This document shows positions 38,728 through 52,700 of a DNA stretch of 64,000 bases, in pieces. Within the stretch, counting starts at the first letter, position 1. Every line of letters begins with the position of its first letter. The notes below the pieces were generated by a model. It did not search any database. It worked only from the letters and a program-made list of their open reading frames with translations, and was not told the DNA's origin. The position numbers and the translations under genes are program-made. Origin of the DNA: Ostrea edulis (lineage: Eukaryota); assembly GCF_947568905.1 (NCBI RefSeq), contig NC_079171.1, positions 19,592,001 through 19,656,000 on the forward strand. The letters run 5' to 3'.

Positions 38728-41717
38728 TGGCACGGTGGGCGTCAGCATGATAATGCGCCATGCATTACATTTCATCTAAAGCCGGTGATGTTCCTATATG
38801 AGTGAATTACTATCGAATAAGACGTAAAACAAATAAAATCCGGGAGGAACAACTAGGGCTGGCGACTGATATTATTTATATGGCAATTAACGCAATCAAA
38901 GAACAAGATAGATGTATAACTGAAGGGCATGGAGCATGCAGCGTGGATTTCACTAAAGAGCATAGATTATGCAGCGTGGATTTCATTTCCTGAAGTACTT
39001 TTGGAATATGAAGAGAGGAGGTGAACTTGACCCCCTCCTATCAGTCATTTATTGTCGCGTGGTCTTAACTAAAGCTTGTCTATTTCGTTCTCACATATCA
39101 CCCTAAGTCAGCGATTACAATGACACGCCCCCTCCACAAAGACAAGCAACAAGAAGCATTATGTCATGCGTATATATATTTACATTATGTATACAGTTGT
39201 ACAAGGTTATATATTTTCCCATTTTCTAATGTGTACAATTTCATGTATTTTTCCTTTATTTCTTGAAGCTGTGCTCCTTTTTCTTCTTTATGTACTGCAT
39301 TTAAATTTTGTGCTTAAAGTGGCATATAGGTCCGATAGGTCGGGTGTTTAATTTATTTTTAAACTGTCTATGAACATAATGCATACACGTGTCACTATAA
39401 ATAATTACTTGCGTATAAAATAATTGAAAGCAATTGTTACCGGAAGTATGCAACCGACATTAAGCTTTGGTTTTTATTTCTTCACATTTTCAACCGACCC
39501 AGGGAGTATGTCCTGACTAAAAAAATGTTGCCATCAAATTTCCATAAAATGTTTTATTTCAAAGTTAGAATGTTTTATCTTCGACAGGTTGACTTGAATA
39601 TTTAAAAATATTTGTGAATGTGATTTGTTTTCAGATTTGAATGTCTAAACTATTTTTAAACAACAACGAAAATTGGTCACAAAGGATCGATAATTATAAT
39701 TAATTGAAGTCATTTAGGATAATGACTTCAATTAATTTATTTGGTGAACATCTATTGAACAAATCTAAACTTTAATTAACTACCTAGAAGTAAACACAAT
39801 TACTTGGTGTGAAATTATTAAACACTTCTAACAATAAAAATAGTGTAGTACAACCCTTGATAATTTATTTCCTTGTAGTATAACTTTTAATATCACACAT
39901 GTAGTTTACTAGAATAGTAAAAACTCTTAAGTTTTTTGTTACTTAAATATTCATGTTGGAAAAAAATAAAACAAACAAACAGAATTTTAGGAAAACTTAA
40001 ATTTTGCCAAATACCGCGAGTAAAGATAATCCCCGTGCTGATAAATAGATTTGGTCAAGTTTCGCGTTAAACTGACCACACTTAGTAATAAAACAACCTT
40101 CGCCTGACATTCGCTTTACAATGTAAGAAAGACAATTCAGACAAACACTACACCGCGGGTCGTCAGAATTATAACAGGAATTTATCTCTCTTGTCCCAGC
40201 GGTCTATCCTGAACCAATCCAATTTTTCATGAGGTCTTCGACGTGAAAGAGGAGATAAATCTGTCTTCTAATCGAATTAAAAGGCCATTAGTCTATATCC
40301 ACGTTATGAATGGAAAGAGATTTACTCTCGTGATCTTTTCAGAATATATCAATCTGGAAATCTTAAATTTATATAGAAGAAATCCGTCAAAGGCAGAACA
40401 AATTTATAACTTAATTAGAAAAGTTAAATTTCAACAATGTGTTTGCATTTGTACGAACAAAGGGTTACGTCTTTCTTTTTGCAATTCGTTTTAATAGATT
40501 CACGCTTGGACTGCATTGGAATTGACACGGGCTGTATAAAATCTTGAAATAAAAAGCATTCATTTTCTGAATTCTTTGCATGTGATATAAGCAAAACAAC
40601 TTAATCTTGATCATGAAATCGTATGTTGAAGTGCAGATGTACAGTGTAGTTATGATAGATGTATGTTTAAATTAGTTTTGTGGGATTTTTCCCCAGCACA
40701 ACCATTCTTTAATTAATGCCAATATGTTATTTTGTTGAGAGTTATGCCGAAAACCTCATAAATAATAATAAACAATAATTGCATGATGACATCGATTTTG
40801 TGCATTATATACGTCTATGAACCCCGTCCACTCTTTCATGTTTCTATCGAGAAATATCGGATGCCAGGATTATAGCTCTCAAATACACCAGGAACTCATA
40901 ATACTAAAGTCTATTATCTGTCAAATTACACCGTAATGAAATCCACATCACTTTAATCTTCTTAAAAATCATGTTAAAAGCGATGTTTTACTCGTCACAG
41001 TAATAAGCAGAAAGCTAATCAGCACTATGTATTTAATATACGACATCCATTTCTTATTGTTTTCAACGTCAAAAGAAGTTCCCGGGTATATTGACGACTT
41101 GACTTTATTGAGTTACGCGTGGAAGACAGTATCGACGGGGCATTTTCTTGGTGAATGGAAGAACGGCGTTCTAATTCAAAACAAGCAGTGACTGTCGGTC
41201 AAACGAAATCTTTAAAAAAAAAAAAAAACCGAGGTCCTGTGTCAAGGTAGGCGCAAGCAGAATAAATACATGTAGCACTCAACGCATCAGGATAGCCCAA
41301 ATAAGGAGAATCACACCCAGCTGGTGTCTTCTTCATATATGGGGGTATACACAGAACATTCAATGTCTATGCAATGAACCAATACTTGGAATATTTTGAA
41401 TCATTATATTTAAATAATGTCGGACATCATGAGTGATATCTGCTATTTAGATAATGCCGGGCAGCATGAGTGATATCTGCTATTTAAAAACCGCTCTGTA
41501 GCTGCTAGAACTACATGTAGAATTAACGATAAAAACCGTAATAAGTCGCATCAATACCTATATCAAAATGTAGCAACTACATCGAACCGAATTAACTATA
41601 TCAAATATATAACTGTCTCAAATCTTCTTGATTTAAGAACTCACTACAACACGATGAATTTTGTCATCAAAGCGTGGAATGTGCGACAGAAGCGGCGAGA
41701 CAATCCTACCCTGTTAA

Positions 41718-41856
41718 GAGAGTTCGTCAGATTTCTACGCTGTTAGAGAGTTCGTCAGATTTCTACGCTGTTAGAGATTTCGTCAGATTTCTACGCTGTT
41801 AGAATTTTTGTCAGATTCCTACGCTATTCGAGATTTCGTCAGATTTCTACGCTATT
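41718..41856. repeat. 28-bp tandem repeat, ~5 copies
   Basis: GAGA(G/T)TTCGTCAGATTTCTACGCTGTTA. Confidence 0.88.
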
Positions 41857-43679
41857 ATATTTTTGTTACTTTATCTTATAGAAACATTGATACATGTAGC
41901 GTATAACATAAGATATTGCGACCTGTATGTATAATAATGTACTTACGTTCCAATCTTAACACGTTCTACACGATCGAAATGCTCATTGCAATGACATAAC
42001 GGCTATTAACAAATTAGAAAATCACTGAAATGTAACAGAGATAATTGATTAAACAAGGGTAAAATTAATATCAATTGAGACACTTAATTAAGATATATAA
42101 TTGCTGCAGGCAAGGTCCATTAACAATTAGCACTGTGGTAAGGATCTGATAGCCATTTAAAGGGTTCGTTCCGTTCGATGGCATACGTCTTTGATAGAGA
42201 GTCTCCATTTTAATCTACACTGTATGAGATACGTGTACTAACCACGTGGTACAATCTAACTTTATAGTATTGGTAACTTCCTCTCGGTAGGGGTGTTTAT
42301 GTTGATGTAGGTTCCTAGTAATCACCACGGTGCATACAATGCAGCTACTTTTTCAATTAGTATGTCACAACATGGCCGATTTCTTAAACGTTTCATTCAT
42401 AGTTTTAAATATGTCCAATTTTATACACAGTCATCTTGCCACTGGACTCTTCATATCAAGTGACTATATTATGCGTATAGCGAGATCCGTTGACCAATTC
42501 GGAACCGACGGTACCCGTTTAGTTTTATAATAACAAAAAAGCCTACACCACATTGTTCTCAAGAATTTGATCACATAACAAAGTAGTGAAATGCCGAGCG
42601 ACATGTAAATGAAAGACTTAAGAAATAAATGACATTGAAGTGTACGACTTCTTCGTTGGAGCAGAAGTCAATTGAAAGCCCATAGGTGATGCTCCTTAGA
42701 CACAACAAAGAAGGCTGTTATTGTAAACACGCTCCAGAGGCAGTTCAAAAGGGCTTCATATGATTGATCCCGGGAAAAAACGGAAATTAGTTTACCAAAA
42801 TGAAGTTTGGGACAAGACATCAACGTTAAGCCGTGTATAGAAAGCGTATACACCTGATTACATTACCAATCTTACAGATATCTACGTACATTTCTCACTG
42901 CCCTGTGAACCGTGTAATTTAACATTGCTGCAATGTTTTCTTGTCTGGTTGTTAACCTTACGGACGGCGACAACCAACAAACTCGATCTTTATACAATTA
43001 CATGAAACACACGATTGGCGTGTTCAAAGTCAACCTTAAGAAGCTGTTGGCCTTACACTTTCTCAGATCCCAAATGTTTATAAAGGTATAGCTTTTAAAT
43101 AAAACTAGCACCGATAGAAATATACGAGAAAAACATACAATATATTTGCATGCGGTATGATGGTGTTGTTACAGGTTTTGTCGATATTATCAAAATCTAA
43201 AAATGGGGAGTTACATGTATATACAGTACTATTTTCACAGATTATTTTCATGAAACCTGATCCGTTGAAGTTCAGCAACTTCAAACAATTATTAGACTGG
43301 AAACGTCAAACTTAAGCAGGAAAGCCACTAGTATCCTGTGGTCTATGCACCACTCAACCAATTACTATCTAATTTACATCAAAATACGTTCGTCGTTTGG
43401 TTACTCATGTAGCTTATAACTGATATTATATTGTAACTTAATATACGACTATTTGAATCATGTAAATTCATCACATGAATGATCATGGATTTTATTTTCT
43501 ATAAAATTTTCAAATCAACTTATTATCACTGTTTCTTTGTCTTCGTGTGTTCTATTTCATGCAAATTATTTCGTTACTGTTTCATGTTTATCTTCCATAA
43601 AGGTCTCCAAAATTGGAAATGTGCGATTGATATGTGCAGAAGAAGGTTCTTTTAATTCACATACATGTATACGTATCAA

Positions 43680-44240
43680 GCCTACAGTAATATGGGGTCT
43701 CGGTTTATATGATCTCACGCGCTACAGAAATATGGGGCCTCGGTTTATATGATCTCACACCCTACAGAAATATGGGGCCTCGGTTTATATGATCTCACAC
43801 CCTACAGTAATATGGGGCCTCGGTTTATATGATCTCACGCGCTACAGAAATATGGGACCTCGGTTTATATGATCTCACGCGCTACAGAAATATGGGACCT
43901 CGGTTTATATGATCTCACGCGCTACAGTAATATGGGGCCTCGGTTTATATGATCTCACACCCTACAGAAATATGGGGCCTCGGTTTATATGATTTCACAC
44001 CCTACAGTAATATGGGGCCTCGGTTTATATGATCTCACACCCTACAGTAATATGGGGCCTCGGTTTATATGATCTCACGCGCTACAGTAATATGGGGCCT
44101 CGGTTTATATGATCTCACACCCTACAGTAATATGGGGCCTCGGTTTATATGATCTCACACCCTATAGTAATATGGGGCCTCAGTTTATATGATCTCACGC
44201 GCTACAGTAATATGGGGCCTCGGTTTATATGATCTCACAC
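43680..44240. repeat. 40-bp minisatellite, ~14 copies
   Basis: (C/G)CTACAG(T/A)AATATGGGGCCTCGGTTTATATGATCTCAC(A/G)C. Confidence 0.96.
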
Positions 44241-47200
44241 GTGGGTGCAGTGGGTTCCCTTTCCTCACTTATACAGAATATTGATCACCGCAAAATTGTC
44301 CTTGTGTTCACCTTCAGACCATAGGGCGTGACTTAGGTACTAGTAAGTGATGAGAAGCTAGATAGGGAAGATTGCTTGTATCTTAAAAAGTATCTTTAAT
44401 CTTAAGCGCAGCCAAACAGACAAAAATATAACAATTGAAGGCATTTAAACAAGACGGATACTCTGTGACCCATAAAGCAAGGAGAGGTAATTCCGAATAG
44501 ACAAAGAATGCAAAAAACACAGGTAGCTATGGATTTAGTATACCTGCATATTATGTTATTGAAGCAATATGTGTTCATTACTCACAAAGCTACATCTGTT
44601 GGTAATCGATTTTACACGTGTTAGTTTCATATCAAGAGTGAGTTACCACAGCTCGCACCCTGTCAGAAATGTACAATAAACGTAACACAGTCGTAAATAT
44701 CAAGTTTCACTATTGTAAGATGTCAGACAAATTTCATCATCGGCCCAAAACTAGTCCATTAATGAATGTATTTCTAACAAATGTTTTCATTGTTCACAAC
44801 ATTATCTGTTTTTGTACATTTTATTTACAGTATGTTCCACATACATAAATATTAGTATCTAAAACATCAGAACTACGGACCATATCGCTCACCAGTGCAG
44901 TAATATTTCCCGCATGTTCATAAAGCATAAAATTCTGATTCTGAATGAAAATGCATACAGAAAAAAAAATTAATTTACACTGCATGGGAATACATAGATG
45001 AGATTTTTATGTGTTATATAGTTATGCATCTTGAAAAGATTTAAAAAGACGTGCGGCCTCGACCAGACTACAGGGGTTGTGCTACGGATAAATCTGAACC
45101 CACACTACATGGAGATCTGGTATGTTACTCGGACAGATTATACATGTTTGATTTTCCTCTGCATTTGAACCCCTTTTGATATCCAGGAAAACAAACCTGA
45201 ATCTTATTTGACAAATTTTATCGTTGTTATTAAAATCATTTATAATAAATTGTCCGATATATTCATATGGGAAGATTTAAACCTATATCAATAACTTAGC
45301 TCCGTGGTCAGTGTAAAACAAATTATGTTTTCAACACCACGCCCTAATTCCATTATTTCCAAACGATCCCATTGGAATGAATCATAATTGAATCCCCTTA
45401 ACCACAACGTGCTTTGTGACAAGTTGAGAGAGAAAGAAACCAACAGACAACAAACATTTTATAAAAATGACTTAATATCGGCTATTTAAACACCCATCTA
45501 CGACTCGTCAGAATTTACGACAAAATGTGGACATGCAATTTCGATTATTGTTATTCAGAAACAGGGTCGACAAGGGAACATGAATCGGAATCAACATTAG
45601 AATGAAATTGGATGCGTTTTCTAAGAATTATTACGAAAACAACACATCGGTGACAGGCATATTCAAAGTTCTCGGTTTCCTTGGAAATGTAAATAATATG
45701 AATATAAAATGGTACTGAAAGGATGAATTGCTGATAACTAAATGTCAAATGAATAATTCTCCTGAAGACGGATAACTGTATCATACGTGTTCGAAGAACA
45801 AATAAAACAAACAGTCTGAGACTTTAAAACCGCACAATACAATGTCATTTTGGAGTTCTCGTTACTGCACAATACAATGCCATTTTGGAGTTCTCGTTAC
45901 TCGTAATGTGACGTCAGATTGGAGGGTTTGTCCGTTGTTGGGTGTTTTTCCTTATATATATATTTGTGTGATTTTGAATGGGGGAGCTAAATCGTCATAT
46001 CTTTGAAAATTAATTCAAATGTAGATTTTACATCATCTTAGGGAAATTAATTCATGTATCGTCGGATCATCAGTATTTGTCTATATGAATTAAAACACAC
46101 ATGAGAAAATTGTACATAGACTCTTCACACATTTGTTAGAAACGTTGCTTCCGGCAATCACTTTCGAGATTAAAATTAGGCCCAAACAATATACGTTCCT
46201 TCCATCTTGACACAGAACTTCGGTACTACTGAATTATTGAATGAAAGTATACCATGTGACTAATGGTTGTGAATAAAAAAATTTAATTATCTTGTAGATT
46301 TTGATGTTAAAACAAGTTACTGTGTAAAACAAACTAATAAAATATGTATCACTAGATCTGCATTTAGTCCTAACCTTTTAATTATGTAATAGCTTTACTT
46401 TACCATGAAATGAACGATCCAGCACCCGGATACTTGTCACAGAAATACAACTTTAAATTCAGTATCCTATCTATTTTCACGAATTCTTATTTAGAAACAA
46501 AACAAATGTCATTAATTTTAATAGGAATGGTTGAAAGGGCCGCTATATTATCTTTAAAACCAATAGCGTATAATACATGCAAAGTCTCGATTATCAAACC
46601 GCTAACTATCAACAAACAGTTTCATCCAATCTACCACGCCACGCCGATCAGCAATCGATCCTATCTCTGTCCTCCATAGCATGCTCGGGCAAGCGACCGC
46701 TGGGCTATAGTAACATGATACTTTATTGGCAAAATTTGGTAGATATTTTTCTATAATTCAGATAAAATGAGGGTGAATCTGATATAACTGTACAGAATAC
46801 GCCATAACAATATAACAACTATAACAATAACTACAGCAACTAGGCTTAGACGATATTGGTCTAGTTTAGATTCCATTCGTTTAATCTAGATTATAATCCT
46901 TGTCCAAGTGCTATATTATTGGTTTAGCGGAGGTGTTACTGGTCATTAGATGACATCGGTCTAGTTTTGACATTAAGGGTATAGTTTTAATGTTGTTGAT
47001 CTAATTTAAATGTTATTGGTCAATTTATATGTTATTGGTCTAACTTAAGACATTTTTGATTGGTTTAAATGTTATTGGTCTAGATTGTAATGTTATTGGA
47101 ATAGCTTAGACAGTATGTTACATACATGCATGAAAGGGTGGACACGTGAGACACCTTGGCGTCTCGTTAAAGATAAAATTGTAATCAATGAAAATTAGAT

Positions 47201-47324
47201 AAAACATGCGCATTTGTGTTTTAATTATGTAGTAATCAAAATCTGGAAATAAATTATTTGGCGGAAACTTGCCACTTCAATGTAAAATTATCAAGAGAGA
47301 AATCATGACCCTTGTACAACTCGA

Positions 47325-47725
47325 ACTCATGATCTGTAGAATGACAGAGCACTGAAATCATGATCTGTAGAATGACAGAACACTGTACTCATGATCTGTA
47401 GAATGACAGAACGCTGTACTCATGATCTGTAGAATGACAGAACACTGTACTCATGATCTGTAGAATGACAGAACGCTGTACTCATGATCTGTAGAATGAC
47501 AGAACACTGTACTCATGATCGGTAGAATTACAGAACACTGTACTCATTATCTGTAGAATGACAGAACACTGTACTCATGATCTGTAGAATGACAGAACAC
47601 TGTACTCATGATCTGTAGAATGACAGAACACTGAACTCATGATCTGTAGAATGACAGAACACTGAACCCATGATCTGTAGAATGACAGAACACTGTACTC
47701 ATGATCTGTAGAATGACAGAACACA
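47325..47725. repeat. 31-bp minisatellite, ~13 copies
   Basis: TCATGATCTGTAGAATGACAGAACACTGTAC. Confidence 0.95.
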
Positions 47726-47744
47726 GAACACTAAGCAGACAATG

Positions 47745-47890
47745 TTGATTGATTGTACTCGTATATTGTTTAACGTCCCGCTCGAGAATATTTCACTCAT
47801 ATGGAGACGTCACCAATGTCAGTGAAGGGCTGCAAAATGTAGGCCTATGTTCGGCGCTTACGGCCTTTGAACAGGGAGTTATCTTTATCT
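47745..47890 (-). mobile_element. SINE 3' fragment
   Basis: TGATTGATTG tail, TATTGTTTAACGTCCCGCTCGAGAATATTTCACTCATATGGAGACGTCACC..GGCCTTTGAACAGGGA. Confidence 0.7.
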
Positions 47891-48604
47891 TAGCAGTTTA
47901 TTTATATGTGTGATATTTTCTGCATTTAATTTTGATATTTTGAGACGGCAATGCAAGAATATAGCGATATAAAGTCTCAATCGTGTGCAGATTTTTCCGC
48001 GCCGTAAATCGAGGGTTTTAATGAGGCGTGGATCTGTAGCTCTCTGATCTGTCACGTTATTTTCTCAGAGAGCTACTGATCTGCAGCCAGTAGAGGTGTA
48101 TATATAACTGGGAATTGTTTTCATGAAAAACAAATGTCTCCCCAGCTCCCCAAAAAGGAAGTGCTCAAATGAAACCTCCTCCCCTGAATGTACTGCATGG
48201 TATAGACATTATGAACTCCGATAAGCCACAGGAGAAGTGTTCACAAACTATTCAAAACCCTCCATCTATCAGATCTACTATAAATTTAAGGATAACAATT
48301 GGATCCTCTTGTACCTACAATATTCACATCTGCAAATACCATTAAAAATGCATACAATTTCAAGTCACATAGGAGGAGAAACGTTTAGAAGCTAATTTAA
48401 CATCCTCCACCCTTCTTAGATCCACTATATCTTTTATGATAACAACTGGATCATCCTGTCCCTACAATATGCACATCTACAAATTGTTGTTGTTTTTTTT
48501 AAATGCCATTGAAGAGCCGTGGAGCGAAAGCGCTTTGGAATAAATGTGAAATCTTCATCTGAATTTTTTCTCTATATTTACCTATAGACCAAGGACTTAT
48601 TTTA

Positions 48605-48610
<6 letters not shown>

Positions 48611-48664
<54 letters not shown>
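48611..48664. repeat. (TA)n microsatellite
   Basis: Direct inspection. Confidence 0.97.
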
Positions 48665-48665
<1 letters not shown>

Positions 48666-49377
48666 CATATTTGAACGTACATAATTATATACCCTAAAAT
48701 CTAATGACCTTGAATCAGGGTCAGAGCAGACAACTTCTGCGTCAAGTTGTCTCCCCATTGTAAGTACTGAAACAGTGGGGCTGACAGGACTGACTCAAGG
48801 CGGTTTTCCTATCATTTGTTTAGAAGTATTACCGTGAACATTTATCGTGTAAATTAAGTGTCAATATGGTTTTTTTGAAGTTCAAACAGTACTTGAGAAA
48901 CTATATTAATTTTAGAAAAGTGAGATACTAAAGCCCGGACGCCATTCAACTTAATATATTTACATTCCCAATGTATCATTACCAATGACAGCCATTTCCT
49001 CATGAATTTGATTCAGCTGTGAACAATCCGCGAATGAATCTAATTCCGATACAAAAGAATGAAGCATGTAAATATAAATTCCCCTTTTTGAAAATACATA
49101 AAGGTATGAACTGCAACACTAACGCGATTCACGCAGTATGCTGGCTTCTAGCGTCGCAGTTCATACCTTACGTATTTAAAAAAAAAAAAACAACCCACAT
49201 TTATTTCTCATGGAAACCGAGTACGACTTCAACATATCACAGACATTTGTAAGTGCACTTAATGAAAGGCAGCTGCTCTTACTTCTAATACCAAATTATG
49301 AAGATACTACTTTTGGTGGAAATAATCAATGTTTGATCTTTATCATTGTCTTGGGAATACAGTCACAAGATACACTG

Positions 49378-49715
49378 GTCGCAGTAGCTCAGTGGTACAG
49401 CGTTTGCCTCGTAACCGGGAGAGGGGGGGGGGGCGTGAGTTTGAGTCCTCAAACTTAAGACGTTAAAATAGGGAGTGATTGCTACTTCGCTAAACGCTCG
49501 GTATTTAGAGGTGAGAATGACGGGTCTTTCGGATATGACCTTAAAAATGGAGGTCCCGTGTCACAGTAAGCGTTTACATGATAAAAGACCCTCACTGCTA
49601 CGGCCCTGAGCGATAAGCATACGTCTAAAGTTGTGGTACTTCACCTACAGCTGGTGACGTCTCAATATGAACGAGAAATTCTCGACGGGACGTATATATA
49701 AAATACATACAGCAA
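49378..49715 (+). mobile_element. Near full-length tRNA-derived SINE
   Basis: A-box-like TAGCTCAGTGGT, B-box-like GAGTTTGAGTCC, central GTCCCGTGTCACAGTA..ATAAAAGACCCTCACTGCTAC, and 3' GGTGACGTCTC..GGGACGT shared with other copies in the window. Confidence 0.75.
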
Positions 49716-49739
49716 GAGACATCTTCAGTGCTCTCAAAT

Positions 49740-52700
49740 CCCGAAACAACCAATCCCGAAGTGTGATACGGATCCAAATGAAACAACCAATCCCCAAGTG
49801 TGATACGGATCCAAATGAAACAACCAATCCCCAAGTGTGATACAGATCCAAATGAAACAACCAATCCCCAAGTGTGATACGGATCCAAATGAAACAACCA
49901 ATCCCCAAGTGTGATACAGATCCAAATGAAACAACCAATCCCCAAGTGTGATACAGATCCAAATGACACAACCAATCCCCAAGTGTGATACAGATCCAAA
50001 TGAAACAACCAATCCCCAAGTGTGATACAGATTCAAATGAAACAACCAATCCCCAAGTGTGATACAGATCCAAATGAAACAACCAATCCCCAAGTGTGAT
50101 ACAGATCCAAATGAAACAACCAATCCCCAAGTGTGATACAGATCCAAATGAAACAACCAATCCCCAAGTGTGATACGGATCCAAATGAAACAACCAATCC
50201 CCAAGTGTGATACAGATCCAAGTGAAACAACCAATCCCCAAGTGTGATACAGATCCAAATGAAATAACCAATCCCCGAGTGTGATACAGATCCAAATGAA
50301 ACAACCAATACCCGAGTGTGATACAGATCCAAATGAAACAACCAATCCCCAAGTGTAATACGGATCCAAATGAAACAACCAATCCCCAAGTGTGATACAG
50401 ATCCAAATGAAACAACCAATCCCCAAGTGTGATACAGATCCAAATGAAACAACAAATCCCCAAGTGTGATACAGATCCAAATGAAACAACCAATCCCCAA
50501 GTGTGATATGAACGTACCCACGGATCCAAATGACACAACCAATCCCCGAAGTGTGATACGGATCCAAATGAAACAACCAATCCCCAAGTGCGATACAGAT
50601 TCAAATGAAACAACCAATCCCCAAGTGTGATACAGATCCAAATGAAACAACCAATCCCCAAGTGTGATACAGATTCAAATGATACAACCAATCCCCAAGT
50701 GTGATACAGATACAAATGAAACAACCAATCCCCAAGTGTGATACAGATCCAAATGAAACAACCAATCCCCAAGTGTGATACAGATTCAAATGAAACAACC
50801 AATCCCCAAGTGTGATACAGATCCAAATGAAACAACCAATCCCCAAGTGTGATACAGATCCAAATGAAACAACCAATCCCCAAGTGTGATACAGATCCAA
50901 ATGAAACAACCAATCCCCAAGTGTGATACAGATCCAAATGAAACAACCAATCCCCAAGTGTGATACGGATCCAAATGAAACAACCAATCCCCAAGTGTGA
51001 TACAGATCCAAGTGAAACAACCAATCCCCAAGTGTGATACAGATCCAAATGAAACAACCAATCCCCGAGTGTGATACAGATCCAAATGAAACAACCAATC
51101 CCCAAGTGTGATACAGATCCAAATGAAACAACCAATCCCCAAGTGTGATACAGATCCAAATGAAACAACCAATCCCCAAGTGTGATACAGATCCAAATGA
51201 AACAACCAATCCCCAAGTGTGATATGAACGTACCCACGGATCCAAATGACACAACCAATCCCCGAAGTGTGATACGGATCCAAATGAAACAACCAATCCC
51301 CAAGTGCGATACAGATTCAAATGAAACAACCAATCCCCAAGTGTGATACAGATCCAAATGAAACAACCAATCCCCAAGTGTGATACAGATTCAAATGATA
51401 CAACCAATCCCCAAGTGTGATACAGATACAAATGAAACAACCAATCCCCAAGTGTGATACAGATCCAAATGAAACAACCAATCCCCAAGTGTGATACAGA
51501 TTCAAATGAAACAACCAATCCCCAAGTGTGATACAGATCCAAATGAAACAACCAATCCCCAAGTGTGATACAGATCCAAATGAAACAACCAATCCCCAAG
51601 TGTGATACAGATCCAAATGAAACAACCAATCCCCAAGTGTGATACAGATCCAAATGAAACAACCAATCCCCAAGTGTGATACGGATCCAAATGAAACAAC
51701 CAATCCCCAAGTGTGATACAGATCCAAGTGAAACAACCAATCCCCAAGTGTGATACAGATCCAAATGAAACAACCAATCCCCGAGTGTGATATGAACGTA
51801 CCCACGGATCCAAATGACACAACCAATCCCCGAAGTGTGATACGGATCCAAATGAAACAACCAATCCCCAAGTGCGATACAGATTCAAATGAAACAACCA
51901 ATCCCCAAGTGTGATACAGATCCAAATGAAACAACCAATCCCCAAGTGTGATACAGATTCAAATGATACAACCAATCCCCAAGTGTGATACAGATACAAA
52001 TGAAACAACCAATCCCCAAGTGTGATACAGATCCAAATGAAACAACCAATCCCCAAGTGTGATACAGATTCAAATGAAACAACCAATCCCCAAGTGTGAT
52101 ACAGATCCAAATGAAACAACCAATCCCCAAGTGTGATACAGATCCAAATGAAACAACCAATCCCCAAGTGTGATACAGATCCAAATGAAACAACCAATCC
52201 CCAAGTGTGATACAGATCCAAATGAAACAACCAATCCCCAAGTGTGATACAGATCCAAATGAAACAACCAATCCCCAAGTGTGATACGGATCCAAATGAA
52301 ACAACCAATCCCCAAGTGTGATACAGATCCAAGTGAAACAACCAATCCCCAAGTGTGATACAGATCCAAATGAAAAAACCAATCCCCGAGTGTGATACAG
52401 ATCCAAATGAAACAACCAATCCCCGAGTGTGATACAGATCCAAATGAAACAACCAATCCCCAAGTGTGATACAGATCCAAATGAAACAACCAATCCCCAA
52501 GTGTGATACAGATCCAAATGAAACAACCAATCCCCAAGTGTGATATAAACGTACCCACGGATCCAAATGACACAACCAATCCCCGAAGTGTGATACGGAT
52601 CCAAATGAAACAACCAATCCCCAAGTGCGATACAGATTCAAATGAAACAACCAATCCCCAAGTGTGATACGGATCCAAATGAAACAACCAATCCCCAAGT

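Noticed and set aside
49378-49460. Possible tRNA gene (also 27771-27880 and 25095-25175)
   Set aside because: A/B-box-like motifs are present but no intact cloverleaf; at 49378 the sequence runs into a SINE body, so these are SINE heads.
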